Assembly: GCA_017428265.1 (NCBI GenBank)
Contig: JAFRRD010000027.1
Location: forward strand, 19,209 to 83,208
Origin: Lachnospiraceae bacterium
GTDB taxonomy: Bacteria; Bacillota; Clostridia; Lachnospirales; Lachnospiraceae
Direction of reading: 5' to 3'
Length of the DNA: 64,000 nt
Positions 7,810 through 15,991 of this stretch are shown one piece after another. Under the pieces are notes generated by a model that saw only the letters and a program-made list of their open reading frames with translations, had not been told where the DNA came from and did no database searches. Every line of letters begins with the position of its first letter. Positions within the stretch are counted from its first letter, which is position 1. A program made the translations under genes and the position numbers.

Positions 7810-9012
7810 TTATTCCTCCCCCTTTGCTTCTGCCGCGTGGATCCGTTTGATCTCCAGGGCTTCCACGAAGGCCTGGAAACGGGTGCGGAGCTGTCCGGAG
7901 TTGCGGACGTTGTACGGACGGTCGATCGAGAGCACCGGCCAGCCGTATTCATCGTGCAGGATGTGGCTCGCGAGCGGGCGTTCGAAGGCCCAGAAATCGC
8001 AGAACTTCATCTGCTCGTAGACGATGCCGTCCGCGCCGTATTCACGGGCAAGGCGGTCGGCCGTCTCGCGGCGCTGCGTGATCTTTTCTTCGCTCATGTA
8101 ACGCGCGCATTCGGAGGTCTTCATGTAGTGCCGGACGATCTGGGTGAGGATATCCTCGCCTTCGTTGATCACGATCTCCTCGCGGCCCGGGGTCGAGCCG
8201 TAGCAGTAGCGGTCGGCCACGACCAGGGCGCCGGCATCTTCCAGCAGGCGGGTGAAATCGAGGTCGTCGATCTCACTGCCGACCACGGCGACTCGCGCGC
8301 GGAACTTCGGCTTCTCGTCGGGTTCGCGGTTCCTGATCTCCTCAAGGGTCTCGCGGAGCTTCGGCAGGATGAGCGCCTTCGGGCAGCAGTAGCTTGCCAG
8401 AACGATCACGTGGAATTCGTAGCCGGTGACCGGCGGATTCGGCAGTTTCCTGAGGTTGCCGATCTCGGTGATGATGCGGCAGACCTCGTTGTGCTCCTCA
8501 ACGGCCTTAAGCAGGGCTTCGTCAGAGGTGTCCACGCCGTAGCGCGCCGTCAGTTCATCCAGGAGATGGAGCCGCATCTGGGTGCGCATCTGCTCCACGG
8601 TATAAGTTTCTACCTTATACGGAATGTCACAGTGGCTGACGAAGAAATTCGGCTTCGTGTTGCAGTTCAGGATCTCCATGTGCTCGTAGCAGCGGTTCAT
8701 GGCGGAGCAGGCGTCAACGCCGGCTAACGCGTCCAGGAACTGGTAGCCGCCCTCGATCGCTCTCTCGAGCAGGGACCTGGCGTACTCGCAGGTGTAGTTG
8801 GACATGTAGTAGGTGGCGATATCGATGCTGGCCGTGCGCGGCGCGCGGATGCGCACTGAGAAGGCCTTGCCTACGTTGCAGAGCACTTCCGGCATGTGGT
8901 AGCAGGTATAGCCGACCGCGATTCCTCCCTCCTCCTGCGCCTGCCGGACCAGCGCGTTGTCCGCGTCCTCCAGCAGGTTTTCAAATTCGATCAGGTATTT
9001 GAGATCTTTCAT
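7810..9012 (-). CDS. 2-hydroxyacyl-CoA dehydratase / benzoyl-CoA reductase family subunit (400 aa)
   Basis: MKDLKYLIEFENLLEDADNALVRQAQEEGGIAVGYTCYHMPEVL aligns with the paralogue at 10124. I chose the ATG at 9012, preceded by GGGAGGTCC, rather than the ORF-track start at 9045. Confidence 0.8.
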   Translation of the reverse strand: MKDLKYLIEFENLLEDADNALVRQAQEEGGIAVGYTCYHMPEVLCNVGKAFSVRIRAPRTASIDIATYYMSNYTCEYARSLLERAIEGGYQFLDALAGVDACSAMNRCYEHMEILNCNTKPNFFVSHCDIPYKVETYTVEQMRTQMRLHLLDELTARYGVDTSDEALLKAVEEHNEVCRIITEIGNLRKLPNPPVTGYEFHVIVLASYCCPKALILPKLRETLEEIRNREPDEKPKFRARVAVVGSEIDDLDFTRLLEDAGALVVADRYCYGSTPGREEIVINEGEDILTQIVRHYMKTSECARYMSEEKITQRRETADRLAREYGADGIVYEQMKFCDFWAFERPLASHILHDEYGWPVLSIDRPYNVRNSGQLRTRFQAFVEALEIKRIHAAEAKGEE

Positions 9013-9047
9013 AGGACCTCCCTTCCTAAAAATGTGCATATTCAACT

Positions 9048-9122
9048 GTCATTCTGAGGAGCGAAGCGACGAAGAATCTTCAAATCAAAAGCAGGAAGAT
9101 CCTTCGCTGCGCTCAGGATGAC
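9048..9122. repeat. palindromic MITE/REP-like element, copy 2
   Basis: GTCATTCTGAGGAGCGAAGCGACGAAGAATCTTCAAATCAAAAGCAGGAAGATCCTTCGCTGCGCTCAGGATGAC. It lies between cooC and the HAD-like gene. Confidence 0.8.
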
Positions 9123-9130
9123 AGAATAAT

Positions 9131-9889
9131 TTACAGCAGTCCCATCTTCTGCAGGATCTCCCGGGCGCCGGCGAGGATCGTCGAGTCGTCCGGCAGGTCG
9201 AAGACGCTTTTTCCTTCGATGTCGTTTTCCGCGTGGGCGGGGTCCGGCGGGATGACGGCGACAAGCGGGACGCCGCCGATCTCCGTTTCGGTGATGCGCT
9301 CGGGCAGGAGCACACGGTTCAGGACCGCGCCGACCCAGTCCGCCGCGACGAGGCTGTCCGAGACCTCCTTGATCGTGGAGATGATCTGAATGCCCTTCCG
9401 GCTCTGGTCCGAGACGCACAGAAGATGCGTCACCTTCTCCATGACGCGGCGGTTGATCTGTTCGATGCCCGCCTCGCCGTCGATGACGACGTAGTCGAAT
9501 TCATTCACGAGCAGGCTGATCACCTGCCTGAGATACGTATTGATGGCGCAGTAACAGCCGGCCGCCTCGGGGCGTCCGATCGCGAGGAAGGCAAAGCCTT
9601 TCTGTTCCTGCATGGCTTCGAAAATGCGGAATTTCGCTTCCGCCAGAATGTCCTGCGTATCCTGCAGACCCTCGGTCACGTCCTTCGCGACGCGCAGCCG
9701 GATCTCGTCCAGCGTTTCTTTTACTTCCACGCCAAGAGCCACGGACAGGCCGATGGCCGGATCCGCGTCGATCGCCAGTATTTTCGCCTCAGGATGCGCT
9801 TCCGTTAAAACTCTCACGATGGCGGCAGACAGCGACGTCTTGCCGACCCCGCCCTTGCCGGTCAGCGCGATAACACTAGCCTGATGCAT
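9131..9889 (-). CDS. cooC: CooC/AcsF-family nickel-insertion ATPase (MinD/ParA class)
   Basis: Started at MHQASVIALTGKGGVGKTS (deviant Walker A). The GCYC CxC metal-binding motif is present and an AAGGAG RBS lies upstream. The upstream part of the 326-aa ORF was rejected. Confidence 0.8.
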   Translation of the reverse strand: MHQASVIALTGKGGVGKTSLSAAIVRVLTEAHPEAKILAIDADPAIGLSVALGVEVKETLDEIRLRVAKDVTEGLQDTQDILAEAKFRIFEAMQEQKGFAFLAIGRPEAAGCYCAINTYLRQVISLLVNEFDYVVIDGEAGIEQINRRVMEKVTHLLCVSDQSRKGIQIISTIKEVSDSLVAADWVGAVLNRVLLPERITETEIGGVPLVAVIPPDPAHAENDIEGKSVFDLPDDSTILAGAREILQKMGLL

Positions 9890-9928
9890 GTCAAACTCCT
9901 TGTTTTTTCGGAATTCTTGGTAATATAT

Positions 9929-9957
9929 AAGGTAACACGATTTCCCGATTTCGTCAA
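9929..9957 (-). promoter_or_regulatory. candidate promoter of the cooC-led operon
   Basis: Minus strand reads TTGACG-N17 (ending TGt)-TACCTT, about 35 nt upstream of the ATG at 9889. Confidence 0.35.
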
Positions 9958-10030
9958 TGAAAAAGCGGCCGGAAAAGGACCCCGGGGAGGGGTTTTTTCG
10001 TCTTTCCCCCTTTTCTTTTCGCGCGGGATG

Positions 10031-10039
10031 TGATAAGAT
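10031..10039 (+). promoter_or_regulatory. candidate extended -10 element for the divergent HAD-like operon
   Basis: TGaTAAGAT about 85 nt upstream of the GTG at 10124. A weaker alternative is the TTGACG at 10067. Confidence 0.25.
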
Positions 10040-10123
10040 TTCTCCAGTGGCTGGCGCCGCCTGTTTTTTGACGGCCCAAGAACGTAAAAACGTAAAAATC
10101 CCTATCTCCAAGGAGGTCCCTGC

Positions 10124-11332
10124 GTGCGTGACCTAATCCACATCATCGAATTTGAAGACCTGCTCCAGGAAGCAGGCAACGACCTCGTGCGGCAGGCAAA
10201 AGAAGAGGGAAAACGCGCCCTCGGCTATACCTGCAACTTCATGCCGGAAGTCCTTCTGGACATCCCCGGCTGCTTCTCCGTGCGCCTTCGCGCGCCCCGG
10301 AGCACTTCACCGGACATCGCGACCTACTACATGACCAATCGTACCTGCATGTACGGCCGATGCCTGCTCGAGCGCGCCATGGAAGGCGGGTTCAACTTCC
10401 TCGACGCCGAAATGGCGACCGAGACCTGCACCGTCACCTGCCGCTTCCAGGAGCATCTGCAGCGGATGGACGTCATCCAGAACCCCGATTTCTTCTGCGA
10501 GTTCACCGACGTCCCCTTCAAGAAGAACGAAAACTCCGTCGACCACTACACCCGCCAGCTGCAGGCGCACGTGCTGGACAAGCTGCATGAGCATTTCGGC
10601 ATCGACGTTTCGGACGAAGCGCTGCTTAAGGCCATCGGGGAACACAACGAGCTCTGCCGCCTGATCCGCGAGATCGGCGAGTACCGGAAGCTCGACAATC
10701 CGACCATCACCGGCCGTGAGTTCCAGATCATCCAGCTGGTGACGCAGGTCTGCCCGAAGTACCTCATCATGGATAAGCTCCGTGACATCGCCGAGCAGTT
10801 AAAGACCCGCGAACCCGACGAGAAGCCTTCGTGGCGCTGCAAGGTGGTCCTGGCCGGCTCCGAAGAGGACGATCCGGATTTCACGAAGCTGATCGAGGAA
10901 TGCGGCGCGCTGGTCGTTGCCGACCGCCACTGCTACGGCTCCCTTCCCGGCCGCGAAGACATCGTCGTAAAGGAAGGCGAGACCCCTCTCTACGCGATCG
11001 CCCGCCACTATCTGGAAAACAGCCAGTGCCCGCGCTTCATGGAACAGCACGTCATGCGGGACCGCAAGGCATATCTCGCGAACGTCGCGAAGGAGTACAA
11101 GGCGGACGGCATCGTCATCGCGCAGATGAAGTTCTGCGAATACTGGAGCTACGAGCGCACGATCGACACCGTCGTCCTGAACCGCGACTACGGCATCCCG
11201 GTCTGTTCCATCGAGAAGGAATACGTCAACAACGCCGTCGGCCAGCTGAGGACCCGTTTCCAGGCCTTCGTCGAGAGCATCGAACTCAAGAAACTTGCCC
11301 AGGAGCAGAAGGCATCCGGAGGTGAAGCATGA
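10124..11332 (+). CDS. 2-hydroxyacyl-CoA dehydratase / benzoyl-CoA reductase family subunit (402 aa), paralogue of 7810-9012
   Basis: GTG start after GGAGGTCC. MRDLIHIIEFEDLLQEAGNDLVRQAKEEGKRALGYTCNFMPEVL is collinear with the other copy along its whole length. Confidence 0.8.
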   Translation: MRDLIHIIEFEDLLQEAGNDLVRQAKEEGKRALGYTCNFMPEVLLDIPGCFSVRLRAPRSTSPDIATYYMTNRTCMYGRCLLERAMEGGFNFLDAEMATETCTVTCRFQEHLQRMDVIQNPDFFCEFTDVPFKKNENSVDHYTRQLQAHVLDKLHEHFGIDVSDEALLKAIGEHNELCRLIREIGEYRKLDNPTITGREFQIIQLVTQVCPKYLIMDKLRDIAEQLKTREPDEKPSWRCKVVLAGSEEDDPDFTKLIEECGALVVADRHCYGSLPGREDIVVKEGETPLYAIARHYLENSQCPRFMEQHVMRDRKAYLANVAKEYKADGIVIAQMKFCEYWSYERTIDTVVLNRDYGIPVCSIEKEYVNNAVGQLRTRFQAFVESIELKKLAQEQKASGGEA

Positions 11333-13083
11333 TCTACAAGACCAATGAAGCAAAGGAGATCCGCCTGTTCTCCAAGGGCTGGCTCAAGGATCTGAAGTTA
11401 AAGGAAGCGGCCGCGGCCAAGCTCGAAAAGCTGAAAGCGACCGACTTCAAACAGAAAGCAGCCGAAGCCGCGGAAAAGATCAAAAATCTTGACGCAAAGA
11501 AAGTCGCGCGCGATTTCATTTACGGCAAGCCGCACGAAGAACGCCGCCTGGGCGACCTGTACGTGCCCGGCACCGGCCTCTACAAGCACCGTGAATGGCG
11601 CGGCGTCAAGGACACCATGTATTATTTCAACATGATCTGGCTGTACAACTACGCCCACATGGTGACCGACATCATGAAATACGGCGGGCCTGTCACGGCC
11701 CTGAAAGGCGCCCTGCGCTACCGCTGGATGGGGCAGTGCTACCTCACCGTCATGCACTGGTTCGACCGCGGCCTGGAAGGCACGCGCGGCGAAGCGCTCC
11801 GGGCTTCCGCCTGGCACTACCGCGGCATGGTCAATGAATCCATCCGCCAGTTCATGCGCATGTTCTCCGCCGATAAGCGCTTAAACGGCGGCGAGGCAAA
11901 TGAACTTTGGAAGAACACCATATCCCATGACGAGACCGTTTCCGGCAACATCTTCTACGGCTGGCGCGACCGCATGGACGACGTGGCCCTGCAGATGATC
12001 CCCTACTTCGTCACCTGCCACGTCAACAACCATACCGTGCTGAACTACATCGACGCCGCGCAGTCCATCGGCCTGCCGGGCGACCCCTGCCCGATGTGCC
12101 AGGCCGAGGCCGGCATCTTCGTGCTGAACGACGTCCCGGATTACAGCCCCGTGGTCGTGACCTCGAACGAAGCCTGCGACGGCTCCGTCGGCACCTCCAT
12201 CCTGCAGGACTGGTTCCTCGACCGCCCGCTCTACGCCATGCCGCAGCCCATGCGCTACGACGACCCGCTCGTGCAGAAGCACTGCCAGGAAGAGATCGAA
12301 GGCTGCTGGCGCTTCATCGAGGAGCAGACCGGCCAGAAGATGAACTGGGACGAATACGTAAAGCACGCGGAAGCCTTCAACAAGCTCACCGAATTCGAGC
12401 ATGAGAAATGGGACATCGCCGCGAATACGGATTACTATCCGATCACCGGCGTCGCGCAGGCGCTGTACCGCATCTACTATTCGCAGGACGGCGACCGTGA
12501 CATCTGGCACTTCGTCGACAAGAAAGTCAAGCGCATCATTGAAAAGTGCGTGACGCAGAAGATCAACTCCTTCCCGAAGACCCGCCACCGCGTGATCGCC
12601 TGGAGCTGCGCGCCGCTGTACTATTCGCACTGGTGCACCTGGGCCTACAACTGCTGGGGCCTCAACTGCATCATCAACATGGACTCCCTGATGTTCGACC
12701 AGATGCTGCGCACCGACACCTACGAACACGCCCTCGAAGACCTGACCTGGTTCAACGAGAAGGCGCCCATGCGCGCGATGGCCGTCGGCGGCCACGAGCA
12801 CATCTTCCAGCTGTGGCAGTTCATGGAACGCTTCAACTGCGACATGGTCATGATGTACGACCAGCTGGCGTGCAAGGGCATGCAGGGTGTCCACGGCATG
12901 TTCGAGGACGAATTCCGCAAACGGAACATCCACGCGATCTGGATGCCGCACGCGCTGCCGGATAAGCGCACGGTCTCCCGCCGCGAGATCCGCCAGATCG
13001 TCAACGACTACATGTTCACCGTCATGCACGAAGAACCGCTTGATCCCACCCTGCTGGATTTCGACGACAACGATTCGTGGTAA
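11329..13083 (+). CDS. 2-hydroxyacyl-CoA dehydratase / benzoyl-CoA reductase family subunit, long form (584 aa), paralogue of 6022-7806
   Basis: There is a 4-nt overlap with the preceding gene. It shares the REWRG(V/L)KDT..., RYRWM and C-terminal EEP(I/L)DP..DF(E/D)D..SW segments with the 594-aa protein. Confidence 0.75.
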   Translation: MIYKTNEAKEIRLFSKGWLKDLKLKEAAAAKLEKLKATDFKQKAAEAAEKIKNLDAKKVARDFIYGKPHEERRLGDLYVPGTGLYKHREWRGVKDTMYYFNMIWLYNYAHMVTDIMKYGGPVTALKGALRYRWMGQCYLTVMHWFDRGLEGTRGEALRASAWHYRGMVNESIRQFMRMFSADKRLNGGEANELWKNTISHDETVSGNIFYGWRDRMDDVALQMIPYFVTCHVNNHTVLNYIDAAQSIGLPGDPCPMCQAEAGIFVLNDVPDYSPVVVTSNEACDGSVGTSILQDWFLDRPLYAMPQPMRYDDPLVQKHCQEEIEGCWRFIEEQTGQKMNWDEYVKHAEAFNKLTEFEHEKWDIAANTDYYPITGVAQALYRIYYSQDGDRDIWHFVDKKVKRIIEKCVTQKINSFPKTRHRVIAWSCAPLYYSHWCTWAYNCWGLNCIINMDSLMFDQMLRTDTYEHALEDLTWFNEKAPMRAMAVGGHEHIFQLWQFMERFNCDMVMMYDQLACKGMQGVHGMFEDEFRKRNIHAIWMPHALPDKRTVSRREIRQIVNDYMFTVMHEEPLDPTLLDFDDNDSW

Positions 13084-13108
13084 AGCATCGGCCTGAAAGG
13101 AGAATCTC

Positions 13109-13330
13109 ATGAAAAAAGCAATCGTTAAGAAGTGCCTGAAAGCGCTGTGGTTCCTGCTTAAGGTCGCCGGCTTTGCCTACCTCATCCTCTTCATCGTTTT
13201 CTTCTTCGATCTGGACGGCAAGCTCCTCTACCACGTGGTGGAACCGAACATGAACGAACATTTCAACAAGATGGAGCGTCCGGACCTGACCGGAACGCCT
13301 TACGGTCCGAAAGAACCGGTAAACGATTAA
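13109..13330 (+). CDS. 73-aa single-pass membrane peptide (paralogue of 4906-5073)
   Basis: One TM helix followed by FFFDLDGKLLYHVV, matching YFWNLDQKLMEWAY in the 55-aa peptide. GGAG lies upstream. Confidence 0.55.
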   Translation: MKKAIVKKCLKALWFLLKVAGFAYLILFIVFFFDLDGKLLYHVVEPNMNEHFNKMERPDLTGTPYGPKEPVND

Positions 13331-13349
13331 AATGCACTGCAAATGAAGC

Positions 13350-13371
13350 GGGGCGGCCTTTAGGCCGCCCC
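13350..13371. terminator. bidirectional terminator hairpin
   Basis: GGGGCGGCC-TTTA-GGCCGCCCC sits between convergent genes and is followed by a T-rich tract. Confidence 0.65.
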
Positions 13372-13406
13372 ATTTCTTTCTATCCGTATCTTTCTGTCTC
13401 TTCGCC

Positions 13407-14084
13407 CTAGTCCGGGTAATAGACCGTGATTCCGGCCTGTTCCGGCGTCAGCATGACAAAGCAGTATTCCTCCCAGCCCATTGCCAACCGTTCGGAAGTC
13501 CACGAAACGAAGACGCTGTACAGATAGCCCGCTTCGGGTTCGAAACTGCCCTTCGACATACTGAACAGCCCGCCCTTCTTCCATTCGTATTCGACCCTTT
13601 CCCTTCCGGTCCAGGTATCTTTCTTCACTGCATCCGTTCCAACCACGTCAAGCGGCCAGCGCCAGACCGCGATATTGTCCGCCTTTGCATCACCGCGTGT
13701 CTTTACGGCAAACCAGAACGCAGCAGTATCATCCTCGATCAGGATTTGCGCTGATGCCATCAGATATTCCGGATCCATCCAGACGCTCAACGGCTGCATT
13801 TCACCGTAACGGATGCCGCCCAGAGGAATATTCTCTCTGTATTCGTTTTCCGACAGCCATATGCCGTTATTAAAGCAGCTCCCGATCGCGCAGGCGCCTC
13901 TGGTCAACTTTGTATAGTTCTGCCCCTGCGTTTCTTTATAAGTACTGTAATAGACCGCGGCGCCGGTATCCTCGGGCAGCCTGTCATGAACAGCGTTTAT
14001 GCACAGCATGGTCAGGATCAGTACGGCCATCGTCCCGAAAATGATGAGAATCCCTTTCCATTCATGATCTATCGGTTTCTTCAC
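13407..14084 (-). CDS. membrane-anchored protein, unknown function
   Basis: 225 aa with an N-terminal TM helix (ILIIFGTMAVLILTMLCI) and an extracytoplasmic domain. No family recognised. Confidence 0.5.
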   Translation of the reverse strand: MKKPIDHEWKGILIIFGTMAVLILTMLCINAVHDRLPEDTGAAVYYSTYKETQGQNYTKLTRGACAIGSCFNNGIWLSENEYRENIPLGGIRYGEMQPLSVWMDPEYLMASAQILIEDDTAAFWFAVKTRGDAKADNIAVWRWPLDVVGTDAVKKDTWTGRERVEYEWKKGGLFSMSKGSFEPEAGYLYSVFVSWTSERLAMGWEEYCFVMLTPEQAGITVYYPD

Positions 14085-14129
14085 GGTCCGCTCCTTTCCT
14101 GCTTTTTTGTTTCGGCAAAGCCGATCCTC

Positions 14130-14810
14130 TCAATAAACGTTTTTCCAAGTGAAGACCATATATGCCGGATAGACAAACGTCTCTCCTTTTTTCTCCGCGC
14201 GGTGGATATCCCGCTTTGTATAGCTGATCCATATACGGACGAAAACGCCTTCCTCCTGCGCGTCCAGCCTGGGTTTCACATCGTCACCGATCCTCGCATC
14301 CGGCATGACCCGGATAATGATCTGTTCAAAATCTCTGTCGATCCGCAGTTTCTGCGAACCGTCCTCTTCTTTCGGAAAATATTCGACGATCTTCCCCGTG
14401 GCAAAGCCGCCTCTTTCTTCGTTCAGTTCCCGGACGACTTCACGGATGCGGAAAAATGCATAGATCCCGGCCAGAACAAGAAAGACAATGAGGACCCGCA
14501 GGACTGCCTGCTTCACTGAGCGCTTCTCCCGCTGACTGCCGTATTCGGCAACGGCCTGCAGGGAGCTTTGCTGCTGCACGGCCGGGTCTTCATCCGGCTC
14601 CCGGCGTTCCCCGTCGATCAGCTCTTTGATATCGACCTTGTAGTACTCCGCCAGCTTCATCAGGGTCTCCAGGTCCGGGATCGTGGCGCCGGTTTCCCAG
14701 CGCGACAGGGTTTTCGAGGAGACAAATAGTTCCTCCGCGGCCTGCTCCTGCGTCAGTCCGCGCTCTTTTCTGAGTTCCCTCAGGAACGCACTCATTTTCT
14801 GCGTTTCCAT
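14130..14810 (-). CDS. XRE-family HTH transcriptional regulator with a membrane-spanning segment
   Basis: LRELRKERGLTQEQAAEELFVSSKTLSRWETG is an HTH_3 motif. A central TM helix (VLRVLIVFLVLAGIYAFF) follows. Confidence 0.8.
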   Translation of the reverse strand: METQKMSAFLRELRKERGLTQEQAAEELFVSSKTLSRWETGATIPDLETLMKLAEYYKVDIKELIDGERREPDEDPAVQQQSSLQAVAEYGSQREKRSVKQAVLRVLIVFLVLAGIYAFFRIREVVRELNEERGGFATGKIVEYFPKEEDGSQKLRIDRDFEQIIIRVMPDARIGDDVKPRLDAQEEGVFVRIWISYTKRDIHRAEKKGETFVYPAYMVFTWKNVY

Positions 14811-14951
14811 CTGGAGGCCCCTCCTTTCCCTGAATATGCCGCCGGATCATATATTGCCCGAACCGTGCACCGCCGGTCACGGCTTTTCTGCCCTTACCAT
14901 AGCCAAAGCGCCTCGAAAAGGCAAGGACATATTTTGAGAATCGGCCCCGGC

Positions 14952-14980
14952 TTGCCTTTGGACGCCGCCTGTGCTATCCT
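14952..14980 (+). promoter_or_regulatory. candidate promoter (TTGCCT-N17-TATCCT with TG extension)
   Basis: TTGCCT at 14952 and TGcTATCCT at 14972-14980, about 37 nt upstream of the ATG at 15017. Confidence 0.35.
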
Positions 14981-15016
14981 TTTCTTACGATTTTCTCCTG
15001 ACAAGTGAGGTTTGCC

Positions 15017-15880
15017 ATGCACAAGACCATCCATACCGTAGTATTTGAAGAAAAGCCGGGCGGGGGCAACCCCGCGCCCGTGACCCTGGACGCGGACGAA
15101 CTCTCCGCGGAAGAAATGCAGGCGATGACCTTCCGCTTCGGCGAGGAATCCGTCTTCCTGATGAAACCCGCGCGGGACGACTGTGACGTCCGGGCGCGCT
15201 ACTTCGTGCCCCTGCACGAGATGGAAATGTGCAGCCACGATACGATCGGTGCCGTGACGGTACTGGTGAAGACCGGGCGGGTGACCAAGTCACCGGTGCG
15301 GCTTGAGACCGCGCTTGGCCAGGTCCTTGTCGACTGGGAACCGGACGGCGATACCGTGAAAGTCTCTCTTTCGCAGTTTCTGCCACGCGTAAAGACAGAA
15401 GCGCCCACGAAGGAGGAAGTCTGCCGCGCTCTCCGGATCACGCCGGATAAGCTCGCGGACCTGCCGATCCAGTCGACCGCCACCTCGCGTTTCAAGCTGA
15501 TCGTGCCGCTCACCGACAAGGAAACGGTGTGCGCGCTGGAGCCCGACTTCGAATATCTCTGGTCGCTCTGCGACAAATACGGAACGACCGGTTTCTACCC
15601 TTACGCAAAGGAACCCGGAGACGATCCCTTCCTCTTCTGCGCGAGGCAGTTCCCCTGCCGCGCCGGCTATCCCGAAGACCCCGCGACCGGCGTCGCCGCC
15701 TCAGCGCTCTCTGCCTATCTCATCGGTCACCGGCTGATCCCGCTTAAGGACGGCTGGAATGAGATCACGGTCCGCCAGGGCGAGGCCATGGGGCGCCCCA
15801 GCCTCATCTACGCCGCCTGCTTCATAGAAAACGGTGAAGTTACCGCTACGAGGATCAGCGGCAAGGCAAGACTGGATTAA
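15017..15880 (+). CDS. PhzF-family (diaminopimelate-epimerase fold) protein
   Basis: MHKTIHTVVFEEKPGGGNPAPV...EESVFL...MCSHDTIGA. I chose the ATG at 15017 (GAGG upstream) rather than the GTG at 15005. Confidence 0.65.
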   Translation: MHKTIHTVVFEEKPGGGNPAPVTLDADELSAEEMQAMTFRFGEESVFLMKPARDDCDVRARYFVPLHEMEMCSHDTIGAVTVLVKTGRVTKSPVRLETALGQVLVDWEPDGDTVKVSLSQFLPRVKTEAPTKEEVCRALRITPDKLADLPIQSTATSRFKLIVPLTDKETVCALEPDFEYLWSLCDKYGTTGFYPYAKEPGDDPFLFCARQFPCRAGYPEDPATGVAASALSAYLIGHRLIPLKDGWNEITVRQGEAMGRPSLIYAACFIENGEVTATRISGKARLD

Positions 15881-15883
15881 ACT

Positions 15884-15962
15884 GTCATCCTGAGGAGGCC
15901 GCAGGCCGACGAAGGATCTTCAAATCAACAGCAAGAAGATCCTTCGCTGCGCTCAGGATGAC
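15884..15962. repeat. palindromic MITE/REP-like element, copy 3
   Basis: GTCATCCTGAGGAGG...GAAGGATCTTCAAATCAACAGCAAGAAGATCCTTCGCTGCGCTCAGGATGAC. The right half is nearly identical to copy 2. Confidence 0.8.
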
Positions 15963-15991
15963 AAATAGGACTTGGTAAAGAAGGAGCAAAC

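Noticed and set aside
6154-8727. Very long antisense ORFs: 857 aa here, and also 1723-3423 (+), 11881-13110 (-), 16864-17913 (-), 26368-27318 (-), 27239-28072 (-), 60180-61232 (+) and 61857-63317 (+).
   Set aside because: They lie opposite clearly recognisable genes. They have Arg/Ala/Gly/His/Asp-rich low-complexity composition typical of shadow ORFs in high-G+C DNA, and they lack RBS or family motifs.
9890-10111. 74-codon N-terminal extension of the cooC ORF.
   Set aside because: The extension covers the divergent promoter region. CooC-family proteins start right at the Walker A strand, and an AAGGAG RBS precedes the ATG at 9889.
1390-13330. Reading the cluster as an ordinary amino-acid-fermentation 2-hydroxyacyl-CoA dehydratase locus, or as a CODH/ACS operon.
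   Set aside because: The window has no CoA-transferase, 2-hydroxyacid dehydrogenase or ETF/acyl-CoA dehydrogenase. It also has no cooS, cooF, full-length acsB, or corrinoid protein or methyltransferase genes. Neither standard model explains the gene set.
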